Positions 51,201-64,000 of a stretch of 64,000 bases of DNA are shown piece by piece. Numbering within the stretch: the first letter of the stretch is position 1; every line of letters begins with the position of its first letter. The position numbers were made by a program, and so were the translations under genes. Location: the NCBI GenBank assembly GCA_030324005.1, contig JARDVH010000042.1:39582164-39646163 (forward strand), given 5' to 3'. This DNA is from Negaprion brevirostris. Taxonomy: Eukaryota. The notes below the pieces were generated by a model, which saw nothing but the letters and a program-made list of their open reading frames with translations, was not told the DNA's origin and did no database searches.

Positions 51201-54200
51201 CCCTAATGCAGGTGATGAACAGGGACTATTTTACTACAAATTTGATAGCTCACATTTCACCTTAATATTGTAAAATAAAAATCCTCAAAGGTACAGAGGT
51301 ATTAGAAAGTGAAGAAGGTATGAATATTCATTGCCTAAACATAAATTTAACTACATTTATACAGCAAAAATCCAGGTTGAAGTACATTTTAAAGGTGTAT
51401 CTATACCAGAGNNNNNNNNNNNNNNNNNNNNNNNNNNNNNNNNNNNNNNNNNNNNNNNNNNNNNNNNNNNNNNNNNNNNNNNNNNNNNNNNNNNNNNNNN
51501 NNNNNNNNNNNATCTATACCAGAGCTGCTAGTTGAGTCAAGTTTTAAATGAAAATGTCACCAGTGGTCTGTAGATTGGGACGTGATTGTCATGCCACTGT
51601 TGTAATCTTTTTATAGGTTTCCAGATGGATTCAGCGATATTACATGGCATGGATTTGAAGTACCCTCGTGATCTTAAAATAATGTCGCGACTACATATGT
51701 TAATATTCAGAATTCATAATTGTCTGCGAATGTACATGTGCACGTGAGCTTTATGTGATACATGGCTAGAGACACACAGACCCATATTCGACATTTTGCC
51801 GCCCCAATTCTGGTTTAGATAAATTGATGTAATTAAAGCGAACAGTACTGAGTCATTCTAGGAATCACCTATCTCATTGGAGTCGTGTGTCATGGTTATG
51901 AATAAGCCTCAGACCACTAAAACGAGATCTTGCTAGTCAAAACAGCCATCTTGTATGATAAAAGGCCATTTAATTATAGCTATCTGTAGCGCTTTTGCAA
52001 AACACTTGGCTTGCATTCTGTGCTACTCCGTACTTTTTTTTCTATATACAACATTTGCATTTTTATCTTATTATAGCTGATCAGTGTCATATACATTTTG
52101 AGTTGGGGCGTCATATCTTTTACCATAACTGTGTGTACATTGTGAAGTCAACTGTTTTAGGTACCACACTCTGTCAATACCTTCCTACATGACATAATAA
52201 CAAGGCCAGTGCGTCATTAACTAAATGTTTTTATACGTTGAACATAGTACACAATTCACATGCATTTGTATACACGAAATACAGAATTTTTTTTTACCGT
52301 TTTCGTCGGTATTATGTGTCAGAACATGAATGTATCCGGTTTACTTTCAACCTGCAAAATATCCATGAATTAAAGAGATTAGTTAATGCTATTAGAATGC
52401 CAATAATTCTGACAAATGCTTTAAAACGTTGTAAAATGTTAAAGAAAAGGCTGTTTAGTCTTCAGGTAACGTATTTGTGACATGAGAGGTGTTTGAAATA
52501 TAAATAGTTCCACTCAATTCCTCCTTGGTCACTTAACCCTGTTGTGTAATAAAGTCATGAATATTCATTCGTACATTACATGACGCGAATCTGCAACCCA
52601 CAAGACAGTTTTAAGATGTTTGTTGTTATTGCAGAGCAGTGATTTTCTAAAACAAAAAAATGCTTTCCAGGGCATGAGAGAATCACATGAAATGGGCGAA
52701 AAACTAAACTGTTCATATATGTTGTTTGGAAGTAGATTCTGTATCCATCTTCAAACAAGATTAAGGCAGGTCATTTGAGCTGAAGGGAAGACGAGCGAAG
52801 AACAAGATATGAATGCAATCTACCGTTTTATGACTATCGGCGAGGTGTGCTTATAACAAGATTTCCACCTTCTGCACTTATTAAAATCACGACATCAATT
52901 CAAACAATTCAAAGCAATACGATGCTACAGCTGCTCATATATTCAAATATTATTCCAATGTTTGGATTATAGTTTTGTTTTCAAAGTGGTGAAACCACAA
53001 CTAAAATACATTGTAAGTGACAAATGCGATGGTCTACGGACAAAAGAAACATAATGCATGCTCATTTCGCCACATTTATTGATATATAAATGCGTGCCCT
53101 AGTTCTGGATTTCCGCTGAAAGACTGGATTGTTTGCAGTTAAACGCTCCCTGATCTCTGCCCTATTGTCGAGCTCTGGAGTCTCTCTGAGTGCCACTGAC
53201 CGTGGCCATGAGACTGAATTCAACTCGGCCAACGAATATTGTGTATATTTCTCTGAAACAGAACGTGGCAACTCTGATAATAAAGCAAACATCTCAACAG
53301 CCATGTCACTTATGCAAACACACGGTTGATGGCGGCATTGGATTATTTTCAGCCTGGTACCTGGAATCATTATCCTTATAAAATACATATTTGCACATAC
53401 ATATTGGAAGTCCCTCCTGAAAGCACTGTACTATATAGGACACGGTGCATTTTGAATAGAGATCCGCAAGCAGAGCCTTGTCTCTGCTTGCCTGTCAGTA
53501 ATCTAAACTAGTAACAAGTCCATCAACTTCATTATTTAACAGAATCCCAGTCACAGATTATGGCGAAATATTTCAGAATCATAATTAAAACACTGGAATC
53601 TGCTAAATACTGCGGCCCTATCCAAACCGATAAACAGCAGCCAGATTCACAGATAATGTAACGTGAGATATAATAGATCGAGATAGAAGCATAGATACAG
53701 AATAAGATTGGGGAGCCGAGTGAATGGAGTGAATATATCTGACCAAAATGCACATCTGATGAAGTTTTGTATGACCGAATGTCAGTATGCTATACAACTG
53801 TAGAATGCAATGTCCGTTTCCCTTTTTGTCAGAGGCATTTCGAAATGATTAAACAGCAACCATCACCTCCCCCCCCCCCAACACACACACAATCGAGTAA
53901 TGTAAACAGTCAAAATCAAGTTCAACACCATTAAAATAATTACCATAACAATTTCAATGAGCATCCTTTCATTTCCAGGCAAGACACCAGCGCTAACACG
54001 CAGGCTAACTTTAAATTGGTATATTTTATATTTTACAGAAAAATACAATAATTCTATGTAAGGTAGTAAAATTCCTTCATTGANNNNNNNNNNNNNNNNN
54101 NNNNNNNNNNNNNNNNNNNNNNNNNNNNNNNNNNNNNNNNNNNNNNNNNNNNNNNNNNNNNNNNNNNNNNNNNNNNNNNNNNNNNNNNNNNNNNNNNNNN

Positions 54201-54979
54201 NNNNNNNNNNNNNNNNNNNNNNNNNNNNNNNNNNNNNNNNNNNNNNNNNNNNNNNNNNNNNNNNNNNNNNNNNNNNNNNNNNNNNNNNNNNNNNNNNNNN
54301 NNNNNNNNNNNNNNNNNNNNNNNNNNNNNNNNNNNNNNNNNNNNNNNNNNNNNNNNNNNNNNNNNNNNNNNNNNNNNNNNNNNNNNNNNNNNNNNNNNNN
54401 NNNNNNNNNNNNNNNNNNNNNNNNNNNNNNNNNNNNNNNNNNNNNNNNNNNNNNNNNNNNNNNNNNNNNNNNNNNNNNNNNNNNNNNNNNNNNNNNNNNN
54501 NNNNNNNNNNNNNNNNNNNNNNNNNNNNNNNNNNNNNNNNNNNNNNNNNNNNNNNNNNNNNNNNNNNNNNNNNNNNNNNNNNNNNNNNNNNNNNNNNNNN
54601 NNNNNNNNNNNNNNNNNNNNNNNNNNNNNNNNNNNNNNNNNNNNNNNNNNNNNNNNNNNNNNNNNNNNNNNNNNNNNNNNNNNNNNNNNNNNNNNNNNNN
54701 NNNNNNNNNNNNNNNNNNNNNNNNNNNNNNNNNNNNNNNNNNNNNNNNNNNNNNNNNNNNNNNNNNNNNNNNNNNNNNNNNNNNNNNNNNNNNNNNNNNN
54801 NNNNNNNNNNNNNNNNNNNNNNNNNNNNNNNNNNNNNNNNNNNNNNNNNNNNNNNNNNNNNNNNNNNNNNNNNNNNNNNNNNNNNNNNNNNNNNNNNNNN
54901 NNNNNNNNNNNNNNNNNNNNNNNNNNNNNNNNNNNNNNNNNNNNNNNNNNNNNNNNNNNNNNNNNNNNNNNNNNNNNTA

Positions 54980-56170
54980 TTTTCGCGTGTGTGTATGTGA
55001 GTGTGTGGGGAGTTAACAGGCCCGCCGGGAAGTTCACGTGTTTACGCCCCATCATTACGATTTTAATTGCTGAACTTTTTCCCTCTTTCAAAGAGCACCG
55101 AGTCCTTTTTCTCCCCCACACAAGAACTCCAGACATTGATCGTTGTCCTTCCGATAGTTGTGGCGAGCCCAGAGGCTTCGAGTTCGCACTTGGCGCTCTT
55201 CAGCCGCTTTGCTTTGTCTTCTCTCCGNNNNNNNNNNNNNNNNNNNNNNNNNNNNNNNCCCCCCAGCCCCGCACACACAAACCGCATAGAGTTTTCTGTT
55301 TTGCTTCTTTAATATAGTTTTATTCAGTTAGTTCTCCCTCCACCACTCTCTTCGTAGCCGACAAAGAAATAAATAGTCAAAACAAAACATTTTCTTTTTT
55401 AAAAACAAAATAAATTTAAAGATCTGTAAACTCCTGACGGTGATACTTTGGTCGCCTCCCCCTCCCGCTCTTCGGGCAAGTACATCAGAAGTGGACTAAG
55501 GAGCAAGATTCCTGCGACGGGGAGGCGCTGCTGCTCTGCCGTTCCAGCCTAGGCACCCAGACTGGGCGAATAAAAAAAAGGCAGGCCGGATTTTCCCGCC
55601 ACCGCCAGCTATTCATTCCTGTGGCGGGAATAATCTTTCACTCGCCGTCTTAGGCAAACGGACATTTTTATTTTCCCCCTCACCACCGCCAAAAATTAAA
55701 AAAAAACAGGAATTTCTCCAGCTTTTGTTTTTTTTCGCTTTGCTTCCCTCCCCTCCTCCCCCAGTATACATCTAAGAGGAAGCGAAGCCAGTGATATAAC
55801 TTGGAGATGCTTCACTGAAGGATTTTCCGAGAGTCTGTGGTTTTTTTTACACACACAGCACGCCCAGTGTATCGGCGAGGTCACGTCTGCCTACGTCACG
55901 TTAAAGTGTACGTCTGGCAACATTTCACATGAAATTATTAGCAACAAGACAAATATGCAAATAGCCAGCTTATTGTCTGACTGCAACAGAATTGATGGCG
56001 TCGTCCCAATTTATATTTTCTAAGCCTTCGTTTTTTTGTGCTTTGCAATAAGAAGACTGTGAGAATAGAGCGTGCAGGAATTTATATATATAGGGACACT
56101 GGAGAAATATCCCTGCGTAATAACGCCGGTGGTGCGCCATCACCTCTGCTGTTGGCTGTAACGTGTGCGT
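54980..56170. promoter_or_regulatory. CpG-rich promoter-like region, candidate TSS of the miR-9 host transcript
   Basis: High CpG; paired E2F-like sites 55592-55630; ACGTCA/CACGT cluster 55880-55915; RFX half-sites GGCAAC/TAGCAAC; octamer ATGCAAAT 55955-55962; TATA-like run 56082-56092. Confidence 0.5.
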
Positions 56171-59100
56171 TATTTTTAATATGTATATCTCTGTAAGTGT
56201 TTACTCACTTTTTTTATTTTACCGAAGCTATTGACCGAAAAGGTCTGTTTCTACATAAATATTCCAATGTATTATTGCTCCTTAAAGAAAAACGCTATGT
56301 AAAGGCTACTTTTGTACTTAAATAGGTCATTCGTTTGGGCTTAACGTTAAAATTAGCTCGTTGGAATCCTGTATACATATGTATGATTTCAACAGCTACC
56401 GCTTCAACGCGATTTTGAATATGCATGTGTACACTTTAATGTCTGACATACTGATTTTACATAGCAAAGAATTTTACATTTGCCTAAACATTTATAATAA
56501 ATTGGATGGATTCTTGTTCTGGTTAAATAACAATTATTGCTTGTTACGGATATCAAAATATCATGCCTTAATTTCAATGCCCATATTTGAAACTCCCTTT
56601 AAGGTTTCTTTGAGTGTGCCAGGAATATTTTGTTTTCCCATTCGTGCATATTTCCATGATTTAAATATTTAAAACAAAACTATTAGCATCTTGTACAGTC
56701 AATGAGCCCCAACTCATAATCAACAATGTGCCTGGCAGCCTTGCCCTTCTGATTATACACAAAGGATACAAATTAAGATTTGATATATAGAGGGCAGGTG
56801 TTTCATATTTTTAGTCATACATAGGCATTTCCTTGCGCTTATACAATCCACACAGCATATGATAGCAGCATTTTTAAAAAAATGTATAATTCGTGCACCC
56901 TAAAAATTATGCCTGGTAAAAATTAACTCATTACTCACCGGTGTGTTTCTAACAGCTGTCACTCAATCCTTACATGTTCCTCATCATTTTTTAATGGAAC
57001 TGTATTTGCAGAATCTGTGGCAACATACGTATTTAAAATGTTTTAGTGAACAAATATGCTTATACACCAAACGTATTTCCTATTTATCACGAGATAGCAA
57101 TCAGATGTGTACCATTTCCTAGTGTTGGTTAGAATGTATGACTTAAAACTTTAAATTAGTAGAATTACCAGACTCTCGTAGAAGGAGTGCCTGTGCTGAC
57201 AATTAGTTGCAATTTTTTTTACACTCATGATTTTATAGACTCCAATTGTAGTTTTGCCTTCACGCATACGCCAACAATTTTCGATCGTGCATTTCTTTCC
57301 TAGTGCGATCTTACAAAGCGATTTGAATAATTGCCCAATTCTAATTGTGCTTGCTTCATACTCACTGCACGGGTTAGTTTGCAATGGTGTATATTTACTA
57401 TGATCTCTTTTGTCTTATTTTGATGAATCATTTGGAGTAATATTCGTAGGGGGCGCCGTGAAATTAAACTGCTCTGATAATATGGAACTTGAACAGTTTA
57501 TGCTTTATTAAAACTGATAAACGCTTCCGAACCCAATTTCGCAGTGGAATTATTTACATAGAAAACGTGTCGGTATTAATATTACATTTCTGCACACCAA
57601 CCTATTGTGCAATTAACGTTGGGTTGAGTGCATTTAAATACATCCTTACATTTAACAGTTGACTTCAAACGCTTTTATTATGGCCAATTGTGCACAACTC
57701 GCCTTACCTGTACATTTCAGAGCCAATGTGTAATACTACACCACACAGCAGTTTAGGAACTCATAAACTACTAAACGTTTTGACTCATAACATGTTTACT
57801 TTTAATTGTATAACATTAATCAAATGAATAAATTTATATAACGTTATATACTCTAAGAGATCTCTGCGATTTATTCGGTTGCTGTATACGTTCGATAGAT
57901 TTAACAAGTAGATGAGCTGAGTCATAATACTCAAAGACCAACGCACTTCGACTTGTATAGCATACAGTACAGCTGTTTATTTATTGGCATATTATTATTT
58001 TATCGTGAAAATAAAGCACAATTTGTTATATGCACCTATGTACAAACTGTTGTTTTATCGAGCTTTTTCATCCAGTCAACTAATTTCCATGTAACTAAGA
58101 ACGATTGCTGATAATATGTATTTTAAAGTATTGTAACATTATCACTAAACATTCTTATTTGTTGGCATCCACAGTGACAATTTTTAAAAAAAATGTAAAT
58201 CACTTTTTCTCCAGTGCGTTTTATTTTAGCTTTCACTACTTTCGGTACCCTCGCCCACACTCGCCACCAGCAGTTCAGCTTGCACGTTCAGACGTTACAA
58301 TTACCCTTAGTTATCTTTCACAAAATGGCATTGGTACAGAATAGCTTGTCTTGCAAACAATGCTAGAAATTCCAATCAGAAGCTACACTTCTGTAGATTT
58401 TTGGCAAGGTCCTAAACAATGTCAGCCACGGTGCACAACAGGTTACACTCACATCCGATTTAGTAGACGCTGATGTTATTATTTTGGCAAATTGAAGCAC
58501 ATGGAGTCTTGGTAGTAATTCTGCAACTTGGGAATTAATTGAGTTAACATATAAACCGTCCGCTTACTTTCTCTTTCAATATGTTGAAATAATAATTGAA
58601 TGTGTCGTAAACAAACAAGGCGACAAAGTATCATTGATGTTAGTATTTTAGAAGTAGATTATTAACCAAGATCTTATCCACGAATCCATTATGTAATTAT
58701 CAGATAACACCAAGTCAACTGCCTGACGATTTTTTTCCAGGTTTTCAATAATTATTGAATATTTAAACAAAATTGACACTGAGTTGTCACAAGAAGATTG
58801 GCGGCATAATGTAATAAACAAATTAATATTGTCGGGTTTTCACTAAACGAAAAGCTCGTGGAATTTATAGGTGTAATTCCGCAATATTCGGAAGCTTCAG
58901 TGGATCAGACTGAACCAAAGTCTTAATTATTATACGATAACAGTAATATATTCAGTTTATTCCATCATTGTTACTACATAGAATTGCTATAATTTAAAAA
59001 ATTCCACAAAATGTGATTTAGAAATATACTAACATACTTTTAAATCACTTTTTATATTTTGAACTTTTAATGATAAAGGCAGGATCATACAAATATTAAA

Positions 59101-62100
59101 TATATCGTGTATTCTATTTTATATAGTAATTTTCTATATACGACATGAAATAAAACATTGCCACTTATTTGAAAATTCGTATCAACTTTGCTAGATATCC
59201 TTATTGAAACATACACACAACAAATATCATTTTCCATTCAAATAATAGTGATAGAATATATTTATAATGATGCAACACTGATTATATACACTTATGTGCA
59301 TCAAAACGTGTTAATTGCAACATGTATAAACGCAAACGACAGGCGTATTTCCATAATTTGCATTTGACATAAACATGGCGGATATTTCAAAAAAATCAAT
59401 AAAAGAGTAAATGCTGCAAAGGAGTCTAATTTAAGCGAGTAAATAAAAAAGCACCTTGCTTAGAAACATGAAAAACTGGTATCACCTTGATATGATTTGT
59501 CGAGCGAATGGGCGGCGCCAGCAGTGGAAGGGCGACATCTTCTGGCAGCATCTCCTTTCTACTTATGCAACAGACAGATGCAGTGATTTTGCTCTTCACA
59601 CCGAAAAGCCAATGGTAGCAAAAGGTGTTTTCCAAACAGCTTGTAAAACCAAAAACAAAGAGAGCAACATAAAAAGAAGTCCACTGTGAACAATCAACAA
59701 CGTTTTGGAAGCGAAGGAGCTGTCAATGAAGGCTGTATATAAGTTGCAACTAACCATAAACATAACATATGTAATATTTCTGAATCCCGCCACCTGATAC
59801 TTTCGTTTAAAATTTACATGCAGTGCGCATATATTTGGAACATGTCAACATAAATGACTTCGACATTATTAATTCAGAATGCGAGCAATAAAGCGCACAG
59901 CCCATTAAGGAAGCTGAAGCATACAGAACGAAAAAAAACGTTAGGGTAATACTTGACGTTACAGTCCGTTGTTAGTGCAATAAAACCTGTTTCATTTGTA
60001 GATTACATTTGTGCAATAATGCATTAATATACATAACATGGAGTCCACTTCCTCGTTATGAGCTACCTTTTATCGACCTACGTGAATATTCATCAGTCAT
60101 AATTTCCAAAATAACGCCAAAGACTATACTTTCGAAATATCCCCCTTTGCCCGTGCGCTTATGTAGAGGGGATGGAATATTTCTAGGCAATGAAAGACAA
60201 CACTGAGGGGAAAGAAACAGAAGAAAGGTGACATAGTGTACTGCATCTTTCCATAGATTGACCATACGTATATTTGTCAAACCTCAAAATAGAAGACTTC
60301 TGTCTAATGTCTTGATTATATTGCATATGCAGCCTATAATGTTTCTAATGCAATTATGCCATTTATTGTAAATGGTGATTGTGACAAATATATTTCAAAA
60401 CGCAATAGACGTGGTTGAATTTAGATGTAAAGTACAGAAGAGTATTAAAATTATAGTAATTAAACTTGACTTCTAAAGTGTCTTGTTTAAATACATATCC
60501 TTAAATATATATATATCTGCAAAGTAATAAACGATTTGCTGAGCTAGTATTGTTATTTTTCCCATTGCAAATTGTTTGGAGCGACTGTAACTGTCGGCAA
60601 GAAATTGTAATTTTATATATTGAGAACAAAACAAAAGACGTGGGTTGTCAATAAGCTTTCAAAAAGGTGAATTGGTTCTGTTAGCTACAAGTTTAAGAAA
60701 TACTATCAGCATTTTTTCTTCACAAGTTATCTTTAAAACAGGTAATTTCTACATCTTAAAGATTAATCATTGCACGAATATCCGTTCTTAAAATTATCAA
60801 GATGTTTTGTAATTGGAATTCAAATAAATGCTCCTCCTAAGATCAAACCAATATTATTTTTAAGAATCGTATCTTTTATATAAACGCAGTTATCTTCAGT
60901 TACATAAAAACATTGCTTCAAGTTTTATAATAAACATATTTCATTGTGCAAAGTCAAGGCAACATAGCAGGCCTAGTTTTATTAGGTATCACAGCCTTAA
61001 AGGTTATTGCGTTCAAAATGTCCACTGATAGGTAAATTGACACGCTCTTTAGGTTTTTTAAAAGAAATTTTTCCATTCCTTTCCATTAGCGCGAAATGTC
61101 TCAACTTTCATCTTGGGGTACATTTGGTTCAATAGAAAATGCACGCAGAGAAAATCAAAAGGAAATCGAGATTAAAATACATCAGAAACGCAAGTGTATT
61201 GAATCAAATATCAATATTTACCCAAATAAAAATCCTAGGATTTGCAGTAAACCGCACTTCAACCTCAGGTTTAATTTACTTGCATTGTAATTTTATACAA
61301 ACTATTAAATATTGTTAGGTTTTGTGCTCCATTTGCTAAACATGTCTTCGTTGTTTTATAAAGTATAGAATAAAAATGCAACTTCAAGGTTTATAAAACA
61401 GTAATTCCGGCCATATACTGTAATGCTGGAATCAGTTAGCCATTGTTAGTGCATACTAAATATTCATGTTGGGGTGAGAAAAAAGCGTCGAGTTCCAGCC
61501 CCTTTACTTACTGTGCAACGCAAAGCGGCCCCTGGGCTCTAACCTCAGTCTCAGAACACTGCAAGTAACTGAAATTCTGCCCGATCCCCTGTCTGGGATC
61601 ATATATTCGTGATCTGCAGAGACAACGACAAATAGTTTGAACGTTAGCCAAAAGACAATTTCACCAGCAAATCGGTAAAACGTGACGTTCGCTACTTTCG
61701 GCTATTTAACTCTGCACAGACCTGAAAGTTGACCAACGGATCTCAAAGTACAAAAGACTATCTGTTTGAAATCGTCCCCTTACTGTTAGACTTATTAGCA
61801 ATGCAGACGTTGTAAACGGTGGGAAAATTGATGGAATTTTTGTACAATTTACTTTCCTGTTTAGCATTCGGAAACCACAACACANNNNNNNNNNNNNNNN
61901 NNNNNNNNNNNNNNNNNNNNNNNNNNNNNNNNNNNNNNNNNNNNNNNNNNNNNNNNNNNATAATTTGCGATAGACGTGTCACTGCTGAAATGCCACATAT
62001 TAAAATACGCACAGTTAAACATCATTTTAGTAATCAGGGCTTCATATATTTTGGATTTTTCGACCACTTTGTACATTTTTAAGTGCGGTAGACACGCAAC

Positions 62101-64000
62101 ACCGAACTTTAAAAGCATCTACAAAACACTGGATGTTACAAATCAGCACAAAAGGAGTCAGGCAAAGTTTTGGCAAAACAGATATGAATTTTCCTTTTTA
62201 CTTACAATTTTTACTTAAACCCTTAAAACTGAAAGTTTAGTTTTAAACTTGTTTTTACATTTCGGTTACTTCAGAGTACAATGCATTGCTTTGTATAAGA
62301 TTCGCTTGTTACCTGTACCAGATTTCCAATTGCCTTCTGGGAATAAATGCATAAAAGTCCACGTGTGCTCTAAATAAATGCAGAAGGACACACCTTCTAA
62401 AATGATTACAATCTGCTCTTAAAAGACATGCCTCGTGTCATACTCTTGCATACCTATAGCCATGATGAGATATTACTCCGCATCTTTCACATAAATTATT
62501 TATCGCATGACTACATAATAAATAGGCTTGGGCAATTTGTGGTCAAACAGAGCCCTATTAAATTATTTTGGCCAAAGTGATTGGTTTTCAGTGTGACGAA
62601 CAATCACAAAAAAAGTCACGATTTGCATGAATAGAAGGGGCATCGAGGTCAAGAAATGCGGCAAGGCGTACAATTATTAAACATTTTACAAAGTTTCTCC
62701 CTCAGGTTAATTCACTTCATCGCAATAAATAGCATCCGGTGTCGAATAATTCTTTTATTTGAAAATGCATTGTTTATTGTTTATGTAAGGGGATTTATGA
62801 CCAACTTCGAACATAGCATAATTGTACGTAAGCAATGTACATGTCAAAACTTTATGGGACTGCGGCGAATCTATAGAATAGCAATATTGTGAACTATTTC
62901 TCTTTGAAATATCGGACTTTTTGCTTGGGCGCAAGTGCGACAAGGAAACTTTGCAACTTAGAGCGAAAACAAAATCAATTCGCCTCCATCTCAAACAATA
63001 TCAAACTCTACTGATCGCTGGATATTATGCATCAATATCACACAATGTTCCTTCAAAACACACGCTTTTGACCCATCTGTATTCGATTTATAAGGGCTAT
63101 TCAGAATGCGTAGATCAGAGGGAAATAACTCAAGGGAAAACAAATAAAATAAATTCCATTTTATAAGGGCATCCCGACTTGTTGGAACTCGCTGTCAATA
63201 CTTTGGTTCCCCAGTAGAAGTTCACTTGATGACAGTATTTTGAGATATTTCTTGCCCATTAGTGACGATTTTAGCAGCGTTTTAACAAAGAAGATATTCA
63301 AACAATCGAGTGGCTTTTAAAGGGACAAGAAAGCATGTTTAGATTAGTTAACAAATGCATGTTTTGATAGACGCCATTTCACAAATATACATGTCATCAG
63401 TGTTGGCTTAAATGGAAAACGAAATGTACAGAATACTGTGTTCAATCTTTGGCACTGCATATCTTATTTCGAAATGCCTGAAATAATCGAACAAGCTGGA
63501 GAATCATTCATTATTTTCCCTTTAAAAGTATACCATTATCCCGATACGTGTATTAATGTTGATCGAGGGTGCAGAGGAATGCTTCAGTGTTCCTGATCCT
63601 TAGAGTGCTGATTTTAAAAGCTTGCAGTGTTTAATAACCATGTGATATTGTTTCTACACTCGCAAAAGAGGGCCGGCCAACTCTATGGCAATATTTTCCA
63701 ATTTTTTGACCAGAAAATCTAAAATATTCGTTACGTCTGAGACTTAACACGAAATGTACTCTTCATTGACTCATTTTAGATGAACTAATTTTGTCTTTAG
63801 GGTAAGACAGGTAATTTCAAATTCATATTTAAAAATCTGCATGTTTCTAATTATTTCCTTGTAATGCCAACATTCAAGAAGCTTTATGAATTAAAAATAA
63901 GTTACAAATTAATATAACTGTTGTTGAACCAATATTTTTAAAAAATTGATTAATTTGATGTCCCATTTTCTAACTTCCACTTTAACATAAGTTGCCATTG

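Noticed and set aside
51399-51524. Direct repeat atctataccagag on both sides of a 100-N gap
   Set aside because: Typical unmerged contig overlap; similar to the gap at 9420-9519
57835-57850. 16-bp palindrome TATATAACGTTATATA (and a near-palindrome at 49744-49759)
   Set aside because: Short, low-complexity and isolated; compatible with chance

Overview
Vertebrate genomic DNA with assembly gaps, almost certainly from a shark or other cartilaginous fish (HE1-type V-SINEs, a Deu-domain SINE, abundant CR1 LINEs). The window has two contrasting halves. Positions 1 to ~39.3 kb are dominated by decayed, nested transposable elements: CR1 and L2 LINEs, tRNA-derived SINEs, a minus-strand Gypsy LTR retrotransposon whose 3' LTR is split by later insertions, two PIF/Harbinger fossils and many related MITEs, and remnants of an env-bearing LTR element. 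Among them lies one intact 1.5 kb coding exon of a PARP14-like gene (KH-domain region, minus strand), with no partner exons I could identify. Positions ~39.4-64 kb are almost free of transposons and rich in CpG. They contain a perfect miR-9 hairpin (minus strand, ~47.07-47.15 kb, most like mir-9-2) surrounded by CpG-island and enhancer-like sequence with RBPJ, E-box, MEF2, DR1, octamer, RFX and E2F motifs. All family assignments come from recognising motifs by eye, not from database searches. Repeat boundaries are approximate.
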